A stretch of 63,306 nt of DNA, counting the filler, from Olpidium bornovanus S191 (lineage: Eukaryota; Fungi; Olpidiomycota): assembly GCA_017911155.1 (NCBI GenBank). It is 33 parts of 33 records of this genome, joined end to end, with 100 filler letters (N's around TTAATTAATTAA, not from the genome) between each part and the next. Parts side by side here need not be neighbours in the genome. Positions count along the whole stretch, not along the records: positions 10,275 to 12,358 come from JAEFCI010006208.1; positions 12,459 to 16,192 come from JAEFCI010001226.1; positions 16,293 to 17,710 come from JAEFCI010001051.1; positions 17,811 to 18,979 come from JAEFCI010006783.1; positions 19,080 to 23,083 come from JAEFCI010009049.1; 28 more parts are not named here. The stretch is one strand, 5' to 3'. The position numbers were made by a program, and so were the translations under genes. This document shows, piece by piece, positions 12,273 to 23,183 of this stretch. The notes under the pieces were generated by a model that had not been told where the DNA came from, searched no databases, and saw only the letters and a program-made list of their open reading frames with translations. Each line of letters begins with the position of its first letter. The stretch's first letter is position 1.

Positions 12273-12459
12273 GGGGGGGGGGGGGGGCGGGGGGGCGGGG
12301 GAAGGAAAGGCGTGCGCTGCGGTCGTCCGTGTGTTCCAATGGGGCGTGCGGACCGACCNNNNNNNNNNNNNNNNNNNNNNNNNNNNNNNNNNNNNNNNNN
12401 NNTTAATTAATTAANNNNNNNNNNNNNNNNNNNNNNNNNNNNNNNNNNNNNNNNNNNNC

Positions 12460-12783
12460 ATGGACCACGACGTCCCGATCTCGGGCGGGGAATTCGAACT
12501 TCCGGAGTACAACGTGTACTGGCCCTTAAAGAATAACCTCCTCTGGTTCTTTGGCAACGCCGTCGTACACAGGGCGGCGGTACTTTCGCATCCGGAGGGT
12601 ACCGAGGGGCGCTATACAATGGCGCATTCCATCCCTCGTCGCCTGTGGTTTTATATGACCACCAAGGGCATATATTCCAGATCTGCACCTGGCCGGCGCT
12701 CTGAGCCTCTCGTGGGCAATGAAGACAGGGCTGTGAATGAGGCCAAGTTGGTCCAAGTCATAGAGTTATCTATGATGCTGTAG
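12460..12783 (+). CDS. C-terminal half of a 2OG-Fe(II) dioxygenase-like domain (possibly TET/JBP-like); 5' partial
   Basis: GGEFELPEY...NNLLWFFGNAVVH(12568)...GR(12610)YT fits the GG-x-f...F...H...R pattern of the DSBH C-terminal half. The HxD motif would lie in the gap. Confidence 0.5.
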   Translation: MDHDVPISGGEFELPEYNVYWPLKNNLLWFFGNAVVHRAAVLSHPEGTEGRYTMAHSIPRRLWFYMTTKGIYSRSAPGRRSEPLVGNEDRAVNEAKLVQVIELSMML

Positions 12784-13575
12784 ATGTAGCTCGTAAGTGC
12801 GAGTTCCTGAATTTGGCCACTGAGTCCTGTGCATTTTCTAGGCTCTCCTCATATGCCCGAGTGGCCTCCAATGCGTTGTCCCCCAGCCATAGCACGAGGT
12901 ATTGTCTCCTGCCGTGTCGGAGCCTAGTGGCGAGGATCGTATCGACCTCATACTCGTCGTTCCCGACAGGCCCCGGTCGACTAACTTGATGTCCCGCGTC
13001 TGGTTCTTGATATTTTTGCAGTAGGGAAATATGGAACACGGAGTGTATCTGCATGCCTTCTGGCAGGGCAAGCCAATAGTTGTCCTTGTCGATCTTGATG
13101 TGAGTGACCATATAGGGCCCGATATAGAAGGCCCTATATTTGGCGGCGAGACGGTCGTCGTGGGCAATGGCGTCGCGTCGGAAAAGTACTTGATCTCCGA
13201 CTGCCAGCTTTATTTCTCGACGACGATGATTGTACGCGACGACTTGCGCGCTCTGCGCTTTCTGGAGGGACGCGCGTACGTCTTGGAGTATTTGCGGTAG
13301 GTACTCGAGCGCCGTCCCTTGCCGTATGCCGTCTATGCCACGCAGGTCGGTCCCATATGCCAGCAAATGGGGAGACTGACCCGTGGTCATATGGGGCGTC
13401 CAGTTGTGTAGGAACTCGAGCATTGGCAAGGCAGCGAGTCAATCCTTTCTGGTGGATCCAATATAGCTCGCCATCATCGTCTTGATGATGCCAATAGCTC
13501 GCTCGGCTTGTCCATCCATCTGTTGGTGAGGTGCCATGGCAAGCTGTTGCTCTATGCTGAGGTCCTGGCAGGGCA
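12770..13575 (-). mobile_element. Degenerate Ty3/Gypsy chromovirus pol 3' end: integrase C-terminus, GPY/F motif, chromodomain
   Basis: HQQMDGQAER (=HPQTDGQTER), in-frame TGA at 13439-13441 where DW is expected, EFLHN..TTGQSP, YIGPY, HSVFHISLLQKY, EYEVDTIL...GRRQYLVLWLG. 5'-truncated. Confidence 0.95.
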
Positions 13576-13791
13576 AGTCTTTAGCGTTATCAGGCTCTTA
13601 GGGGTTAGGTTTAATTACTTGCATAGGTGCGTATGCGCCATATTTTCATTTACGCAGTGCATTACGCGAGCAATTTCTGTCTGCCGCCCTATGTTGGCAA
13701 ACTCGGTGAGAAACTTCTGAAAATCCACTTCCGGAAGTTAAGTTTCTTTTGCTGCATACACAGACGCCTTCACTAGCATTTATATGCAACG

Positions 13792-13843
13792 GCCTGACAT
13801 TGCGGATGACATTGCGGACATTGCGGACATTGCGGATGACATT
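13792..13843. repeat. Short minisatellite (GACATTGCG[GAT])n
   Basis: gacattgcggat gacattgcg gacattgcg gacattgcggat gacattg seen directly. Confidence 0.9.
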
Positions 13844-15072
13844 GGAGGCACAGAGCTTCCGGGGAGCGTCTCCGGGCGCCAGTCGCCGAAGAGCTCACGT
13901 GTCTCGTGCCGTCGGGAGATACAACACGGGCGTCGATGCGGGACGCGAGCAGCGGTAAACTTGGCCCCGCGTCTCTGCCTCCCGTTTCGTTTCTTTCCGG
14001 TCGAACGTTTCTTTTTCTCGCTGCCGCCTTCTCCCTTACCCCGCCCTCCGGCCTTGTCTCTTTTCGTTGACGCTGCGTCCGCGTCGCTCCCTCTCGCCCC
14101 CTCTCTCTCTCTCTCGCTCGGGGTCAAAATGCCCGGGGAACATCCAGATCGTTGCGGCCGTTGCCTCGGCCCTGCGCGCAGCGGGCAGATCGGGTTGTAT
14201 TTGAGAACGAGCGTGGAGATCCAGACGCCGGCGTCTGGCGCTCGCGCTGGCACTAGGAAGTTCCGCCCTTGCGCCTGCGCGGGTCGCCCCGTCGTCGTCG
14301 ACACTCGTTGGTCGTTCGCGGTTCGACGTCACTGTCCCGCACGATCGAGCCCCGACATTTAAAGCGAAGGCATCATCAACGACAAATTGCCCGACGATCG
14401 TGCTAGCCCTGTGTTGCGGATGCAAGATTCGAGCAGCTTCAGAGCCGCTCGCGGCCGTTTTGCGGACCGGCGAACTCGGAATCAACGGTCCAATCCCGAT
14501 CTGCGGACTTCTCAAGCCGCTCACCCCGCGCGGTGGCGGGCTCGTCGGAATCCGCCGTATCGCACACGCGGCGCGTCTGCCCCGGCCCCTCACCCCAGCG
14601 GCGAGAAAACGACCTCGTCAAACTCGCAGACGTCAGAGCGAGCGGCGAACAGTTGCCCGGGCTCAAGGGTTCGAGGTGGCAAACGATCGAGGTGGTCCCC
14701 CAAAGCCGACGTCCAAAATGTCTTTCTCTCCCTTTCCCTCTCTCGACAGCCTCCCCGCCCCGTTGGTTGGTCGGCTGGTTGGGGTGGATGAAGGGAACTG
14801 CCCCGGCGCAGCGGGGTCACGAGGCGCCGCGTGACTCCGGCGCGCTCCTTCTCCGCCCGCGGCCTGCCTCCCGCTCGTCCGCTCCGCCGCCGCGCCACGC
14901 CGGCCGCCGCCCGCGCCCCGTCGCCCCGGCCGCGCCCCGGCCGCGCCCCGGCCGCGCCCCGCCCGGAGAGAGACCTGCGCTCCCCCCGCGCGTGCCTGCG
15001 CCTGCCTGCCTGCCTGCCCCTCCCCGTCGTGGCGGCGTGCGCCCGGTCGCGGGAAACCCGTGCTCGCCCGCC

Positions 15073-15852
15073 ATGGCCGCCCGTGCCGCGGACTCGGCCG
15101 CCGGCGGTGGGGACGACTACTGGGACGTCGACTGCATCCTGGCGGAGGCGGAGGGAAACAAAAATGATAAAGAACGACAGCGCGGTGGATCGCGGCGTCC
15201 GCGCGGGATTGATTTGTGACGGACGTTGCGGGATGCGAAGCCGCGGCCGGGACCGCCAGTTTGTCGTTGTCCTGAAATTTTTGATTTCCGTCCCGCCGCG
15301 TTTCGCCTTCGCCCCTCTTCCCCTCCACGCAAAAAAAAAGAAAGTCCCGGTGATCTTCAAGACCGACGTAAATAACACAGGAGGACTCGGCGGATACCAC
15401 GAGCAGAAGGTACCGATGTTCCCGAAATCTAGGTTTTTTTTGTGGTTTGGAAGAAAGCGGGGAGGTTGGGGGTGGGGGGGAGGGGGTGGCGTCAACGCCG
15501 GAAAACTGACGCCCGACCGTTTCCGCAGATCACGGCCGGCAGCCGGTTAGACGTTCCGTTTTATATGGTCGAGTCTCTCGTCATAAAGTCAGTTGCGGGA
15601 CTTAAAAAAAACAGAAGGGCGTTTTGTTTGCGTGTTCTGTTCGCGACGGACATTCCGCCCCCTCCCCTCTCCCCCCCTCCCACAGGCTCTGACAATCCCG
15701 CGTTATACGCCCGAAAGCAACTTCGTTGACATGCTGCACCCCAAGGCCTTCAACGCCGCGAACCGGCGGAGCATCCGCGCGTCGGCGAAGAACGTGAACC
15801 TTCACCGGTTATCGCCGTACTTCTACGCCTTCGGCGCCAGGATGACCGACAT
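15073..15852 (+). CDS. PSF3: GINS subunit Psf3; exons about 15073-15153, 15341-15409, 15529-15587/15591, 15686-15852; 3' partial
   Basis: DYWDVDCILAEAE|KVPVIFKTDV...|ITAGSRLDVPFYMVESL..|...PKAFNAANRRSIRASAKNVNLHRLSPYFYAFG. First donor reads GG rather than GT; the exon 3/4 phase needs either a missing A or the weaker GTTGCG donor. Confidence 0.9.
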
Positions 15853-16616
15853 GTGTGTGTCCCGAGGGTTTTCCGAACAAAAAAGAAGAAAACAAAATAA
15901 AACGTCGAAAACGCGAACGCGCCACTCTGCCGTGTCCGAACGGAGCGAGATTCTTTTCTCTCTTCGGGCGGAAAAAAACGGAAATAAATAATTCTGCCGG
16001 ATAAGTTGCAAGCATCTTCTGACGCTGGCACTCGGCTTGCGGAATTGGCGTATTTCTTTTCTCGCCCCTCGCATGCGACTTTTTCGGGATGACAACACCC
16101 GCCGCGGCCAATTCTGGGGTTCAAACTTACAGCGAATAGGAAAACCGGGGGAAAAAACCCCCCAACACATTACCGGCAAAATTTCGTAAAACNNNNNNNN
16201 NNNNNNNNNNNNNNNNNNNNNNNNNNNNNNNNNNNNTTAATTAATTAANNNNNNNNNNNNNNNNNNNNNNNNNNNNNNNNNNNNNNNNNNNNTCCATGCC
16301 CTGCAAACGGAAAGGGGGGGGGGGATAAAAAGATAAAAAACGGAAGAAGAGGAAGAAAGAAAAAACCGGCGGGGAGGGGGAAAACAAAACGCGAGGTCAG
16401 CGGTTTGCGGGGCGGGTGGGAGTTTTGGCGAGTTCCGCGTTTCTTATTTCTCTGATTCTCTTAGAAACGTGGCTTTTTCTATATAGTTTTTTTGTCTTAA
16501 GAAGAAAAAAAGGAACAAAAAAATTTGTTTTTTTTTTCCGATTCTTGAAGTTTTTCCTTCCCCCCCCCGCTTTTGGTCTTATCTGCACGGAAAACGCCGG
16601 CCGCCACATTTGGTAC

Positions 16617-17258
16617 CTCGGACATTTTGTCCCACAGCTCTTGGAAGCCGTTTGCAAAGACCTCAATTTTTCCCTGGCAGGTTTCGATGAATTTCAGGAA
16701 GTACGCGGCGGGAATGTCGTCGTCCAGGTACCCGTACCCTGCGGAGGTGTAGGCGAGGTACCAGCAGTCCCCGACATACTCCATGTCCCTGTCGCGCAGC
16801 CACTGGCGGATCGGGGCGGCAAGCTCGACCTCGCTGACGGGCCCGTGGCCGGCGCAGTCGACGCCGCGGAAGGCGGCCTCGCGCTTGTCGTAGTAGTCCT
16901 GGATTCTGGGCATCAGGCTGGCGTAGAGGGCGATCATGTCGTTGTCCGGCCGGGTCTCGAGGTAGCGGCCCGTGTCGAAGTCCAGGATCCGCCCGCGGAA
17001 CCGCGCAGGCTCGACCCCGAACTCCGCCGCGAGCGCCGCGACCGCGCGGTAGCACGGGCTGATGCACACGGCGCCCACGTCGTACCGCCGGCCGTCGACC
17101 TCCACCGTCCCGGACTTGCCCGCCACGCGCCCGCCGGCCTCGAGGACCGTGACCCGCGCGTACCCGGCCTTGCGCAGGAAGTGCGCCGCGCACAGCCCGC
17201 CCGGCCCGGCCCCGATGATCCCGATCCGCGTGCCGCTCCGGTCGTCGTCGACCGTCAT
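16617..17258 (-). CDS. FAD-dependent oxidoreductase/isomerase (amine-oxidase fold), PAI (polyunsaturated fatty acid isomerase)-like; 3' end unresolved
   Basis: RIGIIGAGPGGLCAAHFL...VTVLE...RVAGKS..VEVDGRRYDVGA, and TSAGYGYLDDDIPAAYFLKFI...FANGFQELWDKM; uninterrupted for about 214 codons, then a possible GTACCA donor at 16616. Confidence 0.85.
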
Positions 17259-19201
17259 TTTTTCTGGGGGGTTTTTCTCTACGCGTAACCGGCGCGTCCG
17301 TGCGCGTTGCGCCCGGTTTATTGGCGTGTTTATTGGGGGAGTGGGCGTTTAATGAGGGCGGCGGGGTTTGGCGATTGGCGGGCAAAATTAAACGCGCAGA
17401 CCAACGTTCTTGCGGACGGCGCCGGCCATCGGCGCCGGGCGGTCGATTCAATAGAAGCCGGGCGGAAGGAAGCGCGCGACCGTGACGCGAGCGCACCGCG
17501 GGAATATTTGTTTTTTTCCCCCCAAAAGACGAGCACGGCTGTCCCTGTGCCGTCATCAATTAGCGTTTCGTGGGAGGGTGCCTCCTCCCCATGTTTTCAT
17601 TTCGTCCGAGAGAAAGATGGAAATGTGGAAACCAACAAGCCTTTCATCGTTTCGAAGTGGTTAATCTTGACGCGTTTCCCATTCGCTTCTCTTCAGCGGG
17701 AACTGGAAAANNNNNNNNNNNNNNNNNNNNNNNNNNNNNNNNNNNNNNNNNNNNTTAATTAATTAANNNNNNNNNNNNNNNNNNNNNNNNNNNNNNNNNN
17801 NNNNNNNNNNGCCCGAGAGTTTGTTTCCGCTGTAAGCTGTGCCCAAGAACTTACTGTCTCGCCTCCTGGAGAACCAATGAAACAAGCAGAGCTTTCCCCT
17901 CGGTTTGGCCAAATGCCTGTTGCGCCTCATGTCTTCGCTCAAAACCGGCCCTTGTTCTAACACCCTGTTAACCGTAGAAGATCCATGTGGTGACTCCGGG
18001 TCTCCCTAACTCGGCTGTGCGCACGTAAACGGGGTAAATCTAACGTAGCCATTTCACAACAAATAACAGGTTATGCGCCCAACCGGACACCTTTGTCCCT
18101 GAGCGCAAAAGCAGGCAGGGGGCGAACGCGGCCACCGTCCGCCGGAAGCGCACGCTGCGCGGAGCGGACAGAGCGGCGCAGCAAGCATCTGGGCCACGCG
18201 TACCGTGCTGTTGCGAGAAAAAGGGGAGAAGAGGGAGGGAAGAGTCAAAACAGCAGAGCGTACAAAACTACACAACAAAAATCCAAGAATAAAGGATAGA
18301 ATTCCAGATCGAGAAGACCGGGTTGTTAAGCCCCTATCCCAACAAGTCGCCGGTCGAATGCGTCAAGGCCCCCAGAAACGGTGAGACGCTTCCAACCCCC
18401 GAAAACTCGTGGCGTTTCCCGAATGTATCACGTAGCGCAGAAACCCCGTAGCGCAGCAAAAACGAGAGGAGGTCAAGAAAGGAAGACATTGAGAAGCGTC
18501 GGGAAGTGTCTCGGAGAAGAGATCGTGGCCTCAAATGCGGGCAGACGAAATCAAAAGGAGTGGAGGCTAAAAGTCGGATTCTGGCAGTTGAAGTCGCTGT
18601 ATAGGAGGGAGAACCATCCACAAGGCCCGGCGCTGCTTGCCTTTAACTACCCACCTATATTTTCCCAAACTTTGGCGCTCGGGCAGGAGGACAGTGAGAA
18701 ATTTTACTTTTTACTAAGCGGCGAAAGTGAGTGTGGTAAAATGCTCGGGAAGAACAACGTGTGACGAGCCGGCAAAAGGAATGATGGCAACAGTTTGAGA
18801 CGAGTGCGAACGGCCAGGTGAGCGAATGCGGCAAACGTCACAGCGGCGGTTGATCCGACCGGCGTAACGTGGCACCCTCTTGTGTGGAGGAACTTTTTTT
18901 GGCAGCTCAAATACCATTTAAAGAGTCGCTCCGGAAGAACGAGATGCAGACGGCGCCGCGATATCTCCTGATGAAAGCANNNNNNNNNNNNNNNNNNNNN
19001 NNNNNNNNNNNNNNNNNNNNNNNTTAATTAATTAANNNNNNNNNNNNNNNNNNNNNNNNNNNNNNNNNNNNNNNNNNNNCATGTATACAACTAAATGTAG
19101 TTGGGGGATATTGCGGGAGCAAAAAGGGGGGAGAAAAACAGAGGAAAAAAAACGGGGGGAGGTGCAAAGTACAAAAGAAAATTCCAGATCGTGGTGCTCG
19201 T

Positions 19202-22200
19202 CTACGCGAAGCTGAAGCCGAATGACGCCTCGGTAATGGCGAGTAGCAGCTGCTTTCGCAGCTGCTCGTATGACTCGTATTGCGGGAGATCCATAGAGTT
19301 GAAACTTGGCAAGGTGAACAAAAGCCGTTAGGACCACCGGCGCGCGCGGAGAGGCGAAACGAACACCAGATTTCGGCGCGTATCCGCTTACCAAGTGTGG
19401 GCAGATGGCAACCGGGACGGCGACGATGGATCCATCCTGATCGAGAACTTCTGAACCCCGCTCATGCCTTGTAAGGACGCAAAACCTTCGAGTGGTACAC
19501 GTGACGTGCCGGTGACGAACTGCAGGAGCTGAAAGTGAAAGGGGCCGAGGGACGTGAGGAACCACATCGTGTTTCCGACTGGGGCGACGAGAACTGAGGT
19601 AAAATGCCCTACCTTCGCCTTCTCTTCCTGTTCGAAAAGCCGAACTGCCCGCCAGAACCACTGGATTTGCGGCGACGAGGAAGTATACCCTTCGTACTCG
19701 GTGTTCGCCTTCCAGTCTTCAACATTTATATCAGGCATGCCGCTACGCGATTAAAGCAAAGGGTTAGCCTTTAAAAAAAGAAAGTTCAGCGAGCGAGGTC
19801 AACGGGAATCGCGGCTCACCTGATCATAAGTTCCAGCTGCTCCGGGTCGAATATTGAGACGAGATCGCCGGGAACAATCTCGTGGAATCCCTCCTTAAAA
19901 GCAGCAATCTGGTCCTTAATTGCTTTGGTGAGCTTGTGCTCGGAGACAAGGCGGATATACTCGCGCTTGAAAAATTTTCCATTTCGCCGGTCAGATCTCG
20001 GGAAGATAATACCCCCCTTCCCCCCCCCCCACCCCCCACCACCAAAAAAAACCCCCCTTCCAAAACAAAAATAAATTTAAAAACCGCCGTAGGCACCTTG
20101 TTTTCCTCCGTCACTGGAATATTCGCGCCGCCCGGGACGAGCTCGATGATTTCTTCCTTTCCGAACTCGGTCTCCTCGACGGTCATCGTCAAGTCGATGA
20201 CGTCCGTGATGTCGTTGTTGAGCATCCATTCCAGCGACTGGTAGTACGCCGGGTCGAGCGCCTCGACGTCCCTGTAGTCCACCGGTTTGCCGAGAATGTG
20301 CTTGTACAGCGATCGGGTGAAGTAACAGTCCAGCAGCTTCCCGTCGAAGATCGCCTTGCCCACGATCCGACCGACGAACCGGAAGTACAGCAGGTGCTCC
20401 GGGTTGAAGTAGCTGTACCGGTTTGGTTGGTAGGTAACCTTCTTGACCGCCGAGGAAATGAACAGCGCGTAATCCGGGTTGAACATTTGGCGCGCCAGCA
20501 CCTGGAACCACTCGCGGGACACGCCGCCGGCGTCGACGCCCTCCTCGTCGTAGAACCGCACGCTGAGCTTTCCGTGTTTGACTTCGTTTCCGGTATGGCC
20601 TTGCAGCTGGTGGAACGAATCCTCGAAAACGAACTGGCGGCGAACGTTGAGCTGGATCGTGCCGTAGTGCTCCCGGTTCGACCCGCGTTTGTGCAGCTGC
20701 TGGTTGAAGTAGTTCCTTTTGTTCTCGAACTCGAGGACCTGGCCGAAAGTCGAAGCGGCGTGTAAACATCTCCGAGAACCCAAGAAGACCGGGGGCCAAC
20801 GGGAAAAAAAAAAAAAAAAAAAAAACCCCCCCCCAACAGCTTACGTTCGGGTTGTGAACCAGCAGCGAAAACGAGCCGGACATCAGCGACGGGTTCTTGC
20901 GCACCATCGCGTTCAGGATCTTCCGGTGGTCTTCGGTGAACTGGAAAAACAGCCTTTCCGCGTTCGGGCTGTCCTCCGGTTCCGGGGACCCGGACGCCTC
21001 CCTGCCGATGAGGTGTATCCGGCTCGCGTTGCGCTGCATCGTCGCCGCGTTTTTGAAGCTGATGTGCTTGTGCATGACCATGAACGATTCCATGATGGGG
21101 AGCAGCACGGTCGCGACGTGCATGAGGTCCTCCTTCTTGTGGATGAGGGACATGCAGTCGCCGAGGTGCTTCCACATGTTGTAGAAGCTGAGCGCCTCGT
21201 ATATCTTCGACGCCCTCTGCTCTTCGGGCATCTTCTCGGGCTCGGACTCCTTGCCCGCCGCGGGAGCGGCGGCCGTCGCGGCCGGCGCATCAGACGGGGA
21301 GCCGGAAGCGGGCGCCGCGGGCGCCGCCGGAGTGACAAGCATCGGTCTCGGCGTGGTCGGCGAGCCCGGTTTCGGGAAATACATGTAATCGATGGTCTTG
21401 AGGACGCGCAGGAGCTTGGCCTGGTCGGACGACGCCGGAGTGAACTTGTTCAGGACGGTGCCTTGCACGTCAATGCCGGAAGACGCCTTCCCGAGCAGCT
21501 TCCGGAGATGCACGAGGTCCTGCTTGACGCTGTCGCCCAGCGCCTGCGCCCGGTGGGTGAGCTCGGCAGTGATTTTCTCCTTGGCGCCCGGGAGCACGGA
21601 AAGGTTCTGGATGACCGCCAGCGTGCACTGGAACGTCTTGCTCGTGCATTCGCCCTCCGTGAGGGCGTTGACGACCAGCTTCAGGCAGTACTCCGGTATG
21701 ACCGGAAGGCGCAGCGGGGCCGCGTCGTCCTCGGACTTCCCCGGCGTTTTCGGGGCAGCCGGCGTTTCGCCGCCGCCCGGCGCCGGTTTCGACTCGTCGG
21801 CGTCCGAACAGCTCGCCGGTTCCGCCGCCGCCGAAGCCGCCGCTCCCGCCGCGCTTTTCGCGTCCTCGGCTTCTTGCTTGGCGATGGACGGCAGCAGCCG
21901 GCATATCGTCGAAAGCAGGTGCATCAGCTGCTCCATCAGAGCCGAATTTCCCGGGAAGGACTGGCGCTCCAGCAAGCCGAGCAAAACCGCGATCGGATAT
22001 CTGTTCCCGGCGGCGGCGGCGGCGGCAGGGGCCTTCTCCTTGCCTTTCCCTTTCTTGCTGTTCGACCTTCTTATCGGGACGTTCTCGTTTTCCTTCAAAA
22101 AGTACTTGGTGGTCTGCTCGTTGTACGTGACCAGGTAGCTGACGGCCTCGAGGCACCGCTGCGTCACGAGGTTGGGAATTCCCTCCGTCGGGCCGGCGTC

Positions 22201-23083
22201 GCCGTCGGACAGGGAGGAGTAGCGTTTTCCGGGCGCGGCGGGCTTTCCCGGCGTCGAGTGGGCCTTCCCGCGAACGGACATCTGCGAAAAGATGCGGTCG
22301 ACGGCAGAAAAATCCGCCCCGCCGTCCTGGACGATCGACAGCAGAAGGGACATCAGCTCCGACCGCGTCCTCCTGTTCTCGCACAGGTTCAGCAGCAGCT
22401 TGTGAAGCAGCGGCTTCTGCGGCGGCTGCGGGAGGAACAGCAGCCGCACGAGGGTCACCAGCCCTTCGCGGTCGACCAGCTGGACGGGTTCGCGCGTCGG
22501 CGCCGGCGTCTTCTTTCCGGAGGCGGCGTCGACGGCACTCGCTTGCCCCGCCAGCCGGCGGTGAGCGTGCGTGCGCCGCGGGGTCCTCAGGTTCTCCGCT
22601 TGCGCCACGAGGTCCGGCGGAAGCGAGGCGAGGAACATGTCGTCCGAGCCCATCAGCATCGCTCCCCTCAGCTCGGGGTCCATGTTCGCCAAGAACGTCG
22701 CCGGGTCCATTTCGCCGGGCGCCACCGCGTCCAGAGTGCGGCGGTTGCGCTGCCGGTCCTCGATTTCCCTGACTCGCTGCTCCAGGCGCTCCTCCGCCAG
22801 CACCTCCTCCCGGATTTCCGGCGGGAGGGCCTCGAGGAACTCGCTGCTGATGCCGGCGCTCCGCGGCCGCGGGATCGGCCTGCCCTGTTCCCGGAGGTGC
22901 TGCTCTACGACCTCCTGCCTCATCTCCTCCGGCAGGGCCTCCAGGAACGTGATGTCGATGCCCATGTCCGCCACGTCCACTTCCGTCCCGTTGATGACGA
23001 CGACCAACCTGGGCTGCTGTTGGGCTTGAGACGGGCCCCCGCCCTCGGCCGCCTGCACCGCCGGAGTTCCCGCGGCGGCGGCG
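19202..23083 (-). CDS. TOM1: HECT E3 ubiquitin ligase Tom1/HUWE1, C-terminal part; exons 23083-20845, 20738-20097, 19965-19820, 19742-19613, 19528-19392, 19304-19202
   Basis: UBM-type repeats ([13 protein letters not shown]), [16 protein letters not shown]|[47 protein letters not shown]|FN with the catalytic Cys split by an intron; stop TAG 19202-19204; five GT-AG introns in phase. Confidence 0.98.
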
Positions 23084-23183
23084 NNNNNNNNNNNNNNNNN
23101 NNNNNNNNNNNNNNNNNNNNNNNNNNNTTAATTAATTAANNNNNNNNNNNNNNNNNNNNNNNNNNNNNNNNNNNNNNNNNNNN

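Noticed and set aside
17811-18979. Possible ncRNA or gene ends in this contig
   Set aside because: Only a short coding-like tail (17811-17960) and no recognisable RNA motifs; unsupported.
20719-23139. 806-aa plus-strand ORF and many other long Arg/Pro/Gly-rich ORFs (e.g. 16416-17288, 29068-30369)
   Set aside because: Antisense or off-frame shadows of GC3-rich real genes; no motifs.
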